Virus record (IMG/VR): IMGVR_UViG_3300040971_000351
Coordinates: 1 to 46,469 of that record
Strand: one strand, 5' to 3'
DNA: 46,469 nucleotides
Source: a virus
Taxonomy: Duplodnaviria; Caudoviricetes
Position 1 is the stretch's first letter. Each line of letters starts with the position of its first letter. Positions 35,322 to 43,598 of this stretch are shown piece by piece. The notes beneath the pieces are model-generated. The model saw only the letters and a program-made list of their open reading frames with translations. It made no database searches and had not been told where the DNA came from. Both the position numbers and the translations under genes were made by a program.

Positions 35322-35666
35322 TTATTTCCCGATTGATGACGACCACGGCGGGAGCTTTCGCACACGCGCCTCGTTCTCCAATCTGGCTATCTCTTCGGTG
35401 ATCCGTTCGCTTGGAAAACGAGCCTCCAAGTCGCGCATGAAGGCATTCATGTAGCGCCGCGCCTCGTTTGTGCCCTTTTCATCGCCTTCGTGGTGTCTTT
35501 TGATGATCTCGGCCCGCCAGTAAAGCCAGTCCTTGCAGCGTTCAGTGAGATCCATCTCGTAATCAGGATCTGCCTTTTTCTCATACATCACCGGCTCGAC
35601 AACAAGCGAAAGAGCTACAACAAGCAACGACGAGACGATGAAGTAAGTGAGAACTTTTCTTGTCAT
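35322..35666 (-). CDS. Membrane-anchored hypothetical protein (moron)
   Basis: MTRKVLTYFIVSSLLVVALSLVV N-terminal TM segment, AAGGGG upstream. Confidence 0.65.
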   Translation of the reverse strand: MTRKVLTYFIVSSLLVVALSLVVEPVMYEKKADPDYEMDLTERCKDWLYWRAEIIKRHHEGDEKGTNEARRYMNAFMRDLEARFPSERITEEIARLENEARVRKLPPWSSSIGK

Positions 35667-35909
35667 AGGCAGCCCCTTTCTCGCGCCCGTACCATGCTTT
35701 TGCCCCATGGTCAGCAATAAAAGTTGTCATACGAACAGCACGCCACAATAGCCAACATGACGGTTTGTATGACACGACCCATCCGCCCGCCCGCCCTGAT
35801 CTCAAGTGTTGCCGACGATGGACCGCATGGGGCCGTGTCGTCGCTGTGGATCAGGCGCAGCGGCGCGCCACCCCGGCATGCGACGACGTCGCACCCGGGG
35901 CCCCTCTTA

Positions 35910-36470
35910 TCACTCGCCAGCCGCTGCTTGGTGAGGATGCGCTTCTTCAAGCACGCTCTCGTAGTTGTGTACGGCATGTTGCATTTCACGGATTAAAGCG
36001 GCGTCTGCACAGATATGCGCCCCATGCACCTGAATTGATTTGGATATGTCACTTTTTATGGACGCAACGTGCTCTTTCAGTCTTGCAGATTCTAGAATTT
36101 TATCTGCCAACTCAAGTTTCAGGCTTTTTACTTCGTTGGCTAGGTCGGACACATCAGACTCGATTAAGTTGCCCCTAGGGCCTTTGCCGGAGAGGGCCTC
36201 ACATCTTGGACATGCCTCTTCAAAAGGATCGTCTTCCCCGGTTATGAGCCATCGGTAAGAAAATCCGAACTCATCATGAATGGTTTCAAGATCTTCTGCG
36301 CTTGGCCACTGCCCGAGAGTCCATTTTTGCAGTTTCCCCCTGGAAATTCTCAGTAGCCTGCAAAAGCCTTCGTTGGTTGGCTTGACCCCTTTTGAGTCAG
36401 CTATGCTGCAAAAATAATCGTAAACCATTTTATGTCGTTGGGTCCAATTTTTAGTAAAAAGCCTCATCAT
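35910..36470 (-). CDS. CI-like XRE repressor
   Basis: FCRLLRISRGKLQKWTLGQWPSAEDLETI...FSYRWLITGE. Divergent from the cro-like gene. Exact start uncertain. Confidence 0.8.
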   Translation of the reverse strand: MMRLFTKNWTQRHKMVYDYFCSIADSKGVKPTNEGFCRLLRISRGKLQKWTLGQWPSAEDLETIHDEFGFSYRWLITGEDDPFEEACPRCEALSGKGPRGNLIESDVSDLANEVKSLKLELADKILESARLKEHVASIKSDISKSIQVHGAHICADAALIREMQHAVHNYESVLEEAHPHQAAAGE

Positions 36471-36511
36471 ATCCTCTTTTGATGTTGACCATTATCCTCT
36501 TTTGAGGATAA
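36470..36511. promoter_or_regulatory. Tandem operators of the lysis/lysogeny switch
   Basis: TTATCCTC-TTTT-GAGGATAA (36492-36511) and degenerate TATCCTCTTTTGATGTTG (36470-36487), 23 bp apart. TTGACC at 36485. Confidence 0.7.
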
Positions 36512-36575
36512 AAACGCTTCTCAACGGCACTTGGAAAAACTGGTGCCCGAGAACACAACAAAAAGGTCAATAAAA

Positions 36576-36851
36576 ATGAGCCAGACAGTACAAAAAAATG
36601 GAATCCTTCGCAACCGATGGGTGAAGTGGCTCTCGAAGAACAAGGACTCTATTCGCGAAGTTGCCAAGCGAGCCGGCGTCGAACACAGCACGTTATCTAG
36701 GGCAATCCATGCAGGCGTAGCCTCTGAGCCAATGCGAGAGGCGTTAAGGGCCGCGTCCGTCCCTGAAAATCTAATCCCGCTTCCAAGCTGCCCCCGTGCG
36801 TTGGCCGGAATTATCCTGGCTGCCCAGGAGGGTGTGCAGATCCAAATTTAA
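36576..36851 (+). CDS. Cro-like HTH protein
   Basis: SIREVAKRAGVEHSTLSRAI HTH, divergent from the repressor. Confidence 0.75.
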   Translation: MSQTVQKNGILRNRWVKWLSKNKDSIREVAKRAGVEHSTLSRAIHAGVASEPMREALRAASVPENLIPLPSCPRALAGIILAAQEGVQIQI

Positions 36852-36891
36852 ACCGCGCATTTCGAGCTTACTCTCGGTGCGCGGTTTTTTT
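36851..36891 (+). terminator. Intrinsic terminator after the cro-like gene
   Basis: AAACCGCGCA...TGCGCGGTTT followed by a T run. Confidence 0.7.
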
Positions 36892-36948
36892 ATATAAAAT
36901 TTTGGGGGTTACGTGAGAATGGCAAGGAAAAATCACAGGGGGTTTGTG

Positions 36949-37422
36949 ATGGATGCCGAGCAACTCAAGAAAATGGACGCCGCATCAGTCTTGTGGATGG
37001 CCATCCAGACGTCCGGGGTCAAGCGCCGGGAAGTCGAGAAGGCGCAGGAATGGTCTCGCGGCACGGTGGACAGGTGGGTGTCGTCCAAGGACCCGCACCT
37101 GCCAAACATGGACGACCTCTGCGAGCTCATCGTCATGACTCTGTGCGGAGGGCCTGCGGAAGACCATCCGATTGTCCAGTGGCTCATCGCCCGCGCCAAC
37201 GACGGCGCCCTGCTGTACGACGTGCCGGCCATCACGCCCGATCAGCTTGTCAGGTTGTTTTTCGATTTTTCCGCCGACTTCGGCCAGGCCGCAATCTCCG
37301 CTTCCGAGGCCGTCCGGGACGGCAAGATCGAGCGCGTGGAGGCCCTGCGCATGAACAAGGCGCTCATGGACATCGTCAGCACCGCCCAGCAGATCCTGCA
37401 GGGGCTTTCGGCGCACATCTAA
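36949..37422 (+). CDS. CII-like phage regulatory protein
   Basis: HTH-like N-terminus and C-terminal FGQAA...AVRDGKIERVEA motif typical of 186/P2-type CII proteins. Position after cro. Confidence 0.7.
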   Translation: MDAEQLKKMDAASVLWMAIQTSGVKRREVEKAQEWSRGTVDRWVSSKDPHLPNMDDLCELIVMTLCGGPAEDHPIVQWLIARANDGALLYDVPAITPDQLVRLFFDFSADFGQAAISASEAVRDGKIERVEALRMNKALMDIVSTAQQILQGLSAHI

Positions 37423-37436
37423 AAAAGGAGAACGTC

Positions 37437-37601
37437 ATGAGGGGTAAGGTAGCAAAACGGCTGCGCCGGGCCATCCACGGCGAGGATTTCAGCCCCAGGG
37501 AGCGGCAGTACGTTCGCGTTCAAGGGCAAGGTTGCTTCAAGAACACGGGCCGCCGTGCGGCCTATCAGGCTATGAAGAAGGTGGCGCGCCATGGCCGGTA
37601 A
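37437..37601 (+). CDS. Small basic hypothetical protein
   Basis: AAGGAG Shine-Dalgarno, MRGKVAKRLRR... Confidence 0.6.
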   Translation: MRGKVAKRLRRAIHGEDFSPRERQYVRVQGQGCFKNTGRRAAYQAMKKVARHGR

Positions 37602-37911
37602 AATCGAGGGGATGGTCAAGGATCTGGCCAAGGTCCGCGGCGAGATCGCGGTCACCAAGATGCGTCTGGCACAGGCCGAGGAGACGGAGCGGGAGTTGCT
37701 CCGACAGATCCTCGGTCTAGTCACCGACGAAAGCGACGACATGGAGAGCCTGTGGAGCCGTCAGGCGGCAGGAGACTTTGAGGCGGCCTTGGTGATCGAC
37801 CAGGACGTCGCGGTCGTGAAGATCGAAGAGGAATACTTCGAAAGGCCGGCCCTGAACCGCCACGAGGCGGTCAACGTCAGCTTCGTTCCCATGGTTCAGC
37901 AGGGGCTGTGA
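37591..37911 (+). CDS. Hypothetical early protein
   Basis: Overlapping operon organisation, N-terminal coiled coil. Confidence 0.6.
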   Translation: MAGKIEGMVKDLAKVRGEIAVTKMRLAQAEETERELLRQILGLVTDESDDMESLWSRQAAGDFEAALVIDQDVAVVKIEEEYFERPALNRHEAVNVSFVPMVQQGL

Positions 37912-38171
37912 ACAAGTTGGCCCCGGATGCTGGAACACCCAGGGCCTCGACGGAACTGATCCACAAATCAGGAGACAAGATAATGCGAGCACGATCCGAA
38001 AAAGTCAAGAACGTGGTCCCCGTCCAGATCGGCGGCATGACCATCGGCATCATCCTCGGCCAGGCAGACAGAGCCCAGGCCATAAGCCGCGTGACCTCCT
38101 CCCTTGCCCGCCACGGCTGGCTCGGCGGTCAGTCCCCCCGCGACCTGGTGCGGGTCGGGGGTGCGGCATGA
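37908..38171 (+). CDS. Hypothetical early protein
   Basis: GTGA overlap. Alternative ATG start at 37983 with AGGAG upstream. Confidence 0.5.
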   Translation: MNKLAPDAGTPRASTELIHKSGDKIMRARSEKVKNVVPVQIGGMTIGIILGQADRAQAISRVTSSLARHGWLGGQSPRDLVRVGGAA

Positions 38172-38386
38172 GAGCGTATGTCCAGATCGAAATGCCTCGT
38201 GTCGAGTGCCCGTATTGTGAGTACACGTCACGGCTCAAGTCTGAAGACGCGAACTTTTTCAACGAGGCAACAGGTATGAGCGAGATAAGGACATGCCCCA
38301 ACTGCTCGGGTGAGTTTGGCATCAAGGCGGAGATGAAGGTGGATTGTCGCATCCAGTCCCTGAAAATTGAGGGGTTTGGGGCATGA
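38168..38386 (+). CDS. Small Zn-ribbon protein
   Basis: CPYC...CPNC, ATGA coupling. Confidence 0.65.
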   Translation: MRAYVQIEMPRVECPYCEYTSRLKSEDANFFNEATGMSEIRTCPNCSGEFGIKAEMKVDCRIQSLKIEGFGA

Positions 38387-38580
38387 GCCAAGACATCAAA
38401 ATCATGTCCGACATCGAACTTCGCACCCTGCGTAAGCGGTTGGCCGTCAACCCCAACACTTTCGTTGACCCTGCCGTCGTGGCCAGGCTTCTGGCTACTG
38501 TTGAGCGCTGCCACAAGGCCATGAGAGTGGCCTCTGGATATCTTCCGGGCAATGTCCTGCGCGGGCTGGCCGCGTCATGA
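38383..38580 (+). CDS. Hypothetical early protein
   Basis: ATGA coupling at both ends. Confidence 0.55.
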   Translation: MSQDIKIMSDIELRTLRKRLAVNPNTFVDPAVVARLLATVERCHKAMRVASGYLPGNVLRGLAAS

Positions 38581-39116
38581 CCCGGGCCGAGCGCGACAGG
38601 CGCAAAGCCATCGGCATCCGCAACCGGATCTGCGCCTCTGCCCTGGCCATGGTGGATGTGGCCATGGAGAACCTGGGCAAGGGCGTCGAGGGCGGGTCGG
38701 TGCAGTGGTCGTCGGCGCGTGAGCGCGAGCAGTATGAACGCGTGTGCAAATGGGCAAAGGAGGCCTGGGGCGTGGTCGAGATGCAGACCATCGGCGCGGG
38801 CTTCTACCGCGAGCACGAGCGCGTCATGGGCCGCGTCCAGGCCGTGGTGGAGTCCACGTGGCCGCGCAGCTGGGGCGTGGAGGAATACGGCCAGTACATG
38901 CTGGTCTGCTCGCGCACCATCGACGACACGCTGCGCCTGCTCCCGGCTGGCAGGCGCAAGGCCTGGAAGTGGCTCGCCGATTCCCTGGCCGCCTTCGTGG
39001 CCATGTTCATGCGCGAGTTCGGGGACAGCATCGAGGAGGTCGGAGGGCCGGCGTCGGAAGCGGTCTCGGATCTCATCCTTGACGGTCAGGATTTCGTCCG
39101 GCGGTGCGCGGCATGA
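38577..39116 (+). CDS. Hypothetical early protein
   Basis: ATGA coupling, phage codon usage. Confidence 0.65.
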   Translation: MTRAERDRRKAIGIRNRICASALAMVDVAMENLGKGVEGGSVQWSSAREREQYERVCKWAKEAWGVVEMQTIGAGFYREHERVMGRVQAVVESTWPRSWGVEEYGQYMLVCSRTIDDTLRLLPAGRRKAWKWLADSLAAFVAMFMREFGDSIEEVGGPASEAVSDLILDGQDFVRRCAA

Positions 39117-39196
39117 GCACGGGTCTTGTCGTCACAGGCATCGTCGTCGTCACGGCCCTGGGCGTATGGGCGCTCATCAGGAACAGACCGTGGTAG
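39113..39196 (+). CDS. 27-aa membrane peptide
   Basis: MSTGLVVTGIVVVTALGVWALIRNRPW, ATGA-coupled. Confidence 0.5.
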   Translation: MSTGLVVTGIVVVTALGVWALIRNRPW

Positions 39197-39300
39197 CCCT
39201 CATCTTTTCCGTCATCGCGGTCCTGCTGGTCGTGGTCGGCAGCCTGTGGGCATGCTTGAGCATCGCGTCCGGCGAGGACAGCCGCTGGGGAGACAAGTGA
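39190..39300 (+). CDS. 36-aa membrane peptide
   Basis: GTG start, VALIFSVIAVLLVVVGSLWACLSIA..., stop overlaps the next ATG. Confidence 0.5.
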   Translation: MVALIFSVIAVLLVVVGSLWACLSIASGEDSRWGDK

Positions 39301-39527
39301 TGTGTCATAAATGTGCTGAGTTGCAGCGCCGGGTCGAACAGCTCGAATCGGCCAACAAGGTGCTGCGAGGCTTGAATATGAGGCTCAACAGCAAGCTGAT
39401 GCTGTCGATGGTCGAGAACAACAATCTGCGGAACGTCGTCAACGTCCCCATGCGGCCCGTAAGCGGGGCCGGCTACCTGGTGGACTGGGAGCAGAAACAA
39501 GAAGGGGTGAAGCATGAGCTGTCTTGA
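39300..39527 (+). CDS. Coiled-coil hypothetical protein
   Basis: MCHKCAELQRRVEQLE..., TGATG coupling. Confidence 0.6.
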   Translation: MCHKCAELQRRVEQLESANKVLRGLNMRLNSKLMLSMVENNNLRNVVNVPMRPVSGAGYLVDWEQKQEGVKHELS

Positions 39528-39828
39528 GAACACGATGGAACCCGGAGAACTGGTAGTTCTGGCCCCGAACGAGGTCGTTCCGGGTATTAAGGAATGCGCC
39601 CACAACATGGTCCAGAACAGGGCGATGTCCCTGCTTAAGCAGGACCACAGCCATGCCCGCAAGATCCGCGAGTATGACGACCAGGCCAAGGCCGACCAGG
39701 TGCGCATCGCCAAGCTCGAAGGCGTCCTGCAGCTCGCCAGCAAGGTGCTGGTCGATGGCGACGAGGCCGAGCGCAAGGATCTGGCCGAGCAGATCATCAA
39801 ACTTCAGATCGGGGGGCAGGCAGCATGA
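39514..39828 (+). CDS. Hypothetical early protein
   Basis: Overlapping operon organisation. Confidence 0.6.
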   Translation: MSCLENTMEPGELVVLAPNEVVPGIKECAHNMVQNRAMSLLKQDHSHARKIREYDDQAKADQVRIAKLEGVLQLASKVLVDGDEAERKDLAEQIIKLQIGGQAA

Positions 39829-40175
39829 CCAGGCAGGAATTCATCGAAGGCTGGGCCGCAAAGCTCCCGCCGTACATCGCCAGGCAGGACGTGCGCTGGT
39901 TTCTTGGCGGCATCATTGCAGTGAATACTCTGGCCAAAGCCGACAGCCTTGGCAAAGGCCCCAAGGGGGCTGTGCGCGTCTCGGATCGGGTTGTCTACCC
40001 TACCGCAGAGCTGATCACATGGCTCGCGGATCGTGGCTATGCCGACATCAGCGAGTCGAGTGAGATGGTCGCGCAGATCAAGAAAATCAGTCGAGATCGC
40101 TCTCTGAGTCCAAGAATTCTGCCAGCCGATTTGCCGCGGCGTGCCGGGCGCGGGGGGACAGATGCGAGTATCTGA
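39825..40175 (+). CDS. Excisionase-like winged-helix DNA-binding protein
   Basis: TLAKADSLGKGPKGAVRVSDRVVYPTAELITWL, Xis/AlpA-like. Convergent with the integrase. Confidence 0.7.
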   Translation: MTRQEFIEGWAAKLPPYIARQDVRWFLGGIIAVNTLAKADSLGKGPKGAVRVSDRVVYPTAELITWLADRGYADISESSEMVAQIKKISRDRSLSPRILPADLPRRAGRGGTDASI

Positions 40176-41280
40176 GGGTCATGTCGAAGGACTTGTGCCG
40201 CGCCATCTCCTTGATGGTGTTGGCGTCGATGTCCGCGCGGAAGCTGTGGCTGCAGAACGTATGGCGCAGGCTGTGCAGGGTCACGCGGTACCGCTCGTCG
40301 ACCAGGTCGTCGTTGAGCCCGACGGCGTCCGCAGCCTTCCCAAAACGCACGCTCATGTTGGTCATGCGCAGGCCGGTCTTCGCGGAAGGGAAGATGAAGT
40401 CGACCCGCTTTCGATCCTCCGTCCTGGCTCGCAGCATGGGCTCCAGCTTGTCCGGGATGGCCACGGTCTCAAGCAGCTCCCCGCTCTTGGGATCCACGAT
40501 GTTGATGATCATGGACGAAAGATCGACATGCCCGACCTGCAGATAGCTCATCTCGTCGCGCCGCATGCCGGTCAACACGCCGAGCATGATCACGTCGTGC
40601 ATGGCCGGGTCGTTCTCGGAACACCAGGCCAGGAGCGCGTGGATCTCGTCGACGCCCAGGAAGCCAAGCCGGCGGTTGGAGAGCTTGGGCATCTTGATTT
40701 CGGCCATGGGGTTCATGGGATAGCGCTTGCGCCATGCCTCGCCGAAGTGCCCTGCCGCCCAGTTCATCATGCGCCGCAGGAGGCCCAGGGCGTGCTTGAC
40801 GCTGGCCGGGGCGTACTCCTTGGCCAGCATGGCACGGTGCTTTTCGATCATCGCCGGCGTGATGTCGGCGAGCTGCACGGCGCGCAGGCCGGCGATCCGC
40901 GTCCAGAAGATTCGGTCGTCGTCTTCCCAGGACTTCTTGTTCCCTTCAGCCCATTGGATGTACGCAGCGTGCAGGTCTCCGACGGTTCGAGGGAGGCCGC
41001 TGTCCGCGGCGGCCGCCTCCCTGGCCTTCTGCAGCATGGCGCGCATCTCGGCCATGGTCTGAGGCCCGGTGCCAGTCTTGTGATTCTGCCGCAGGACGCA
41101 CAGGATCTCGTTGGCCCTGTCCAGACTGGCCCCCTGGCTCGTCCATCCAAGGACCTCGTCAACGCGTTTGCCATTGACTCGGTAGCGGATAACGACGTAT
41201 TTATCCTTGCCGCGGCCGTGCTTTCGTGTCGGGTGTTCGCGGTAGCGGACGCCCTCGTGCTTGCTCAAGATCCAGCCCAT
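40087..41280 (-). CDS. int: Tyrosine recombinase (phage integrase)
   Basis: TGMRRDE (R), HSLRH (HxxR), ARHKSFDMTLRYSH (H, Y). Arm-binding N-terminus. Adjacent to att. Start MGWILSK at 41280. Confidence 0.95.
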   Translation of the reverse strand: MGWILSKHEGVRYREHPTRKHGRGKDKYVVIRYRVNGKRVDEVLGWTSQGASLDRANEILCVLRQNHKTGTGPQTMAEMRAMLQKAREAAAADSGLPRTVGDLHAAYIQWAEGNKKSWEDDDRIFWTRIAGLRAVQLADITPAMIEKHRAMLAKEYAPASVKHALGLLRRMMNWAAGHFGEAWRKRYPMNPMAEIKMPKLSNRRLGFLGVDEIHALLAWCSENDPAMHDVIMLGVLTGMRRDEMSYLQVGHVDLSSMIINIVDPKSGELLETVAIPDKLEPMLRARTEDRKRVDFIFPSAKTGLRMTNMSVRFGKAADAVGLNDDLVDERYRVTLHSLRHTFCSHSFRADIDANTIKEMARHKSFDMTLRYSHLSPRARHAAANRLAEFLDSESDLD

Positions 41281-41283
41281 ATT

Positions 41284-41305
41284 TGTCCCCCGCCTGTCCC
41301 CCAGT
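41284..41305 (+). promoter_or_regulatory. Putative integrase arm-type sites overlapping the int ribosome-binding region
   Basis: TGTCCCCCGCCTGTCCCCCAGT, near-identical to 1711-1732 and 3 nt from the int ATG. Confidence 0.65.
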
Positions 41306-41408
41306 GCGTTCATGATTCGCAAAGCGACGCAAACGCGGACGGCACGCAAGCCCTTAATACAAATAGCTTTGACATGCAACGCCAAGGCGTAAATTCGCGA
41401 GGCGTCGT

Positions 41409-41455
41409 ATTCCTAATCCTGGTTTGCCCATGTTCGAGTCATGGTGGGGGCACCA
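41409..41455 (+). repeat. att core (distal copy; 3' part of tRNA-Arg)
   Basis: Identical to 1595-1641. Confidence 0.95.
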
Positions 41456-41462
41456 GATCAAC

Positions 41463-41508
41463 AAAAGATCCGGCTAGTTACATATTAGTCGGATCTTTTT
41501 TGTTTTTT
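41463..41508 (+). terminator. Intrinsic terminator following the att copy
   Basis: AAAAGATCCGGCTAG-N7-TTAGTCGGATCTTTT plus T tail. Confidence 0.75.
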
Positions 41509-41751
41509 GAACATCAGTGTTATCCAAGATAATATTTTTAAAAACTCGATACACACTAATAATAAAAAACAGATTCATGAAAGACAATAATTTCACAGTG
41601 ATCATATAACATTATGCAAGTTTCTGATAAAGCATTGTATATATGAATCTTCCAGGTTTGTTATTTTTCAAAACAATCTAAATAATACTTTAACGTTAAA
41701 ATCATGATCGTTATCGATAAAAATAATTTCCTTCGAATTATAAAAAATGTA

Positions 41752-41780
41752 TTTGACATGTCAAAAATTATGAATATTAT
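41752..41780 (+). promoter_or_regulatory. Sigma70-like promoter of the RRM gene
   Basis: TTGACA (41753) within palindrome TTTGACATGTCAAA, with TATTAT 16 nt downstream. Confidence 0.55.
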
Positions 41781-41884
41781 ATTAGGTTCGTGGATAAAAA
41801 AACAAAATGTTTTATCCCATTCAGGTGCAACTGTTTTCATCTGAATATCGAATTTTTCTCTCTTTTTATTTAGGAGTTATTCCT

Positions 41885-42160
41885 TTGTCTAAGAACATTT
41901 ATGTTGGAAATTTGTCCTGGTCTACTTCTGACGCTGATCTGAAGAACATGTTCACCCCTTATGGCACGGTGACATCCGCACATGTCATCGAAGATCGCGA
42001 AACCGGTCGTTCCCGTGGCTTTGGGTTTGTTGAAATGGACGACGCAGGCGCCGCTAAAGCCATCAGCGAACTGAATGGCACTGAGGTTGAGGGACGCAAC
42101 TTGAAGGTCAATGAGGCTCAGCCTCGTGAGAGCCGTCCTGCCAACCGCTCCCGTTATTAG
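41885..42160 (+). CDS. RRM (RNP-1) RNA-binding protein
   Basis: RNP2 IYVGNL, RNP1 RGFGFVEM. AGGAG Shine-Dalgarno before a TTG start. Confidence 0.93.
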   Translation: MSKNIYVGNLSWSTSDADLKNMFTPYGTVTSAHVIEDRETGRSRGFGFVEMDDAGAAKAISELNGTEVEGRNLKVNEAQPRESRPANRSRY

Positions 42161-42183
42161 TTGAATTCGCCCGGTAGCACTGG

Positions 42184-42210
42184 AAGCCCGTTACTGACGG
42201 GTTTTTTTTT
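42184..42210 (+). terminator. Intrinsic terminator
   Basis: CCCGT-TACTG-ACGGG followed by 9 T. Confidence 0.7.
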
Positions 42211-42340
42211 GGACTCTACCGGCTGGAATATGCTCGAACTCAATTACCAGAATCCTGGATTGAAAGTATGTTTGTAGCAACTTTCTGACAGAAGAACCTA
42301 ATTTATTCAATACAGAACGAAATTGTAAAGGAGATTGCGC

Positions 42341-42505
42341 GTGGCAAAACAAAATTACGCTTTTGAAAAGCGTCAGAGAGAAAGTGCAAAAAAGAAAAAA
42401 AAAGAAGAGAAGCGGATGCAAAAAGCTGGAGTGCCAGCAGAAAACAACGAACAGATTGAGAGTCAAGATACAATAAATACAGAAATACCACCTATTCAAA
42501 ATTGA
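42341..42505 (+). CDS. 54-aa Lys-rich small protein
   Basis: AAGGAG Shine-Dalgarno, GTG start, MAKQNYAFEKRQRESAKKKKKEEKRMQK... Confidence 0.7.
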   Translation: MAKQNYAFEKRQRESAKKKKKEEKRMQKAGVPAENNEQIESQDTINTEIPPIQN

Positions 42506-42705
42506 AATATTTTCAAATAAAATCAACGTGAGTGAGTAATTTCATTCAAGAACTCATCAACTTGAGAATCGGCACAGCATTGCCCGGATAACTTTGGTAT
42601 TTTTGAAAGACTTACGCACCTGGAACACCACCTTTCCAAAGAAAATCGGTCATAATCCGGCATAATCCGGTCGGTGCCTAGCCGATCCTCGGCATCCTCA
42701 ACGCC

Positions 42706-42750
42706 TCCTCATTCTGGTTTGCCCATGTTCGAGTCATGGTGCGGGCACCA
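42706..42750 (+). repeat. Degenerate third copy of the tRNA-Arg 3' end (relic att)
   Basis: TCCTCATTCTGGTTTGCCCATGTTCGAGTCATGGTGCGGGCACCA, 42/45 identical to 1597-1641. Confidence 0.88.
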
Positions 42751-43154
42751 GACAAATCAGCGGCTTGCGGCGCCCAACCGGACCTGCCAGCCGCTTTTGT
42801 TTTGCCTGTCGCCCAGTCCGATCTCCCTCGATTTCAACCCTCCCTCTCGAATCGATACGAAGCCGGTCGTTCGCAGTGACGCGACACAATTTTGAAAAAA
42901 GCCGACCGTCAACGTGTATGACAAAATCATACGCATGTGCTGCACAGGACAAAACCCGAAGAAGCGTCCGGGCAAATTTTTCATATCGCTACTAACTTAT
43001 CAGTGCTACACAATCAGGAAAATAATACTGCTCACGATTCATGTCTTACAATCATCCCCCCTTGATCAACTCAACAAATATTGCTACCCGTCCATAGCCC
43101 AATCAACCGAATGCTTGGCGTTACCCCGTAACAGGACGCACACCGACCTGCACA

Positions 43155-43484
43155 ATGAAATACGCACTTCTCGCCCTCGTCTTTGTAGCACTCTGGACGC
43201 CCCGCGCCTGGTCCGAAGGCCCGTGGCATGTCAACGGCCATGTCTTCACGAACGTGAACGCCATGCAAAAGGGAAAAGAAGTCACGGTCAGCGGCCGGGT
43301 CAGCAACGGACCGATCAAGAATCCTCTCCAGATCGGACTGTACGTCTCAAACGACGAGGGAAAGACGTACAGGACGTACACCATGGTCAGGAATTACTGC
43401 GGCAAGGGGGAACTGTTCGAGGCGAAGTTCACGGCTTGGGAAAGGGCAAAGTGGTGGAAAGTGGTGGCGATTGAATCGAATTGA
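43155..43484 (+). CDS. Exported beta-rich hypothetical protein
   Basis: Signal peptide MKYALLALVFVALWTPRAWS. Paralogous to the N-terminus of the next gene. Confidence 0.75.
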   Translation: MKYALLALVFVALWTPRAWSEGPWHVNGHVFTNVNAMQKGKEVTVSGRVSNGPIKNPLQIGLYVSNDEGKTYRTYTMVRNYCGKGELFEAKFTAWERAKWWKVVAIESN

Positions 43485-43598
43485 AGAAAAAAATCAATTA
43501 AATAAGAATGATAATGTAGCAAAGTCAAAAGCAGACTTGCACCATTTTTCTCTGAACACTGATTCAACGGGAAGTTCGTCCATAAAGGATGCTCTAAA

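Larger units (their letters stand above)
1595..41455. mobile_element. Temperate siphovirus-like prophage integrated in tRNA-Arg(CCT)
   Basis: 47-bp direct repeats at 1595-1641 and 41409-41455 flank integrase, repressor, replication, terminase, portal, capsid, lysis and tail genes. Confidence 0.95.

Noticed and set aside
28793-35900. Diversity-generating retroelement or invertible tail-fibre cassette
   Set aside because: No reverse transcriptase, no TR/VR pair differing at adenines and no invertase were seen.
40152-40160. Inverted copy of the arm motif (GGGGGACA) inside the int/xis overlap
   Set aside because: Single copy more than 1.2 kb from the att core, and explained by codons in the int C-terminus.
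41281-41385. N-terminal extension of the integrase in the ORF track
   Set aside because: It overlaps the att arm repeats. The ATG at 41280 has a G-rich RBS and begins the typical arm-binding domain.
42706-42750. Second tRNA gene
   Set aside because: It lacks the 5' half (acceptor 5' strand and D arm). It is an att relic, as is 41409-41455.
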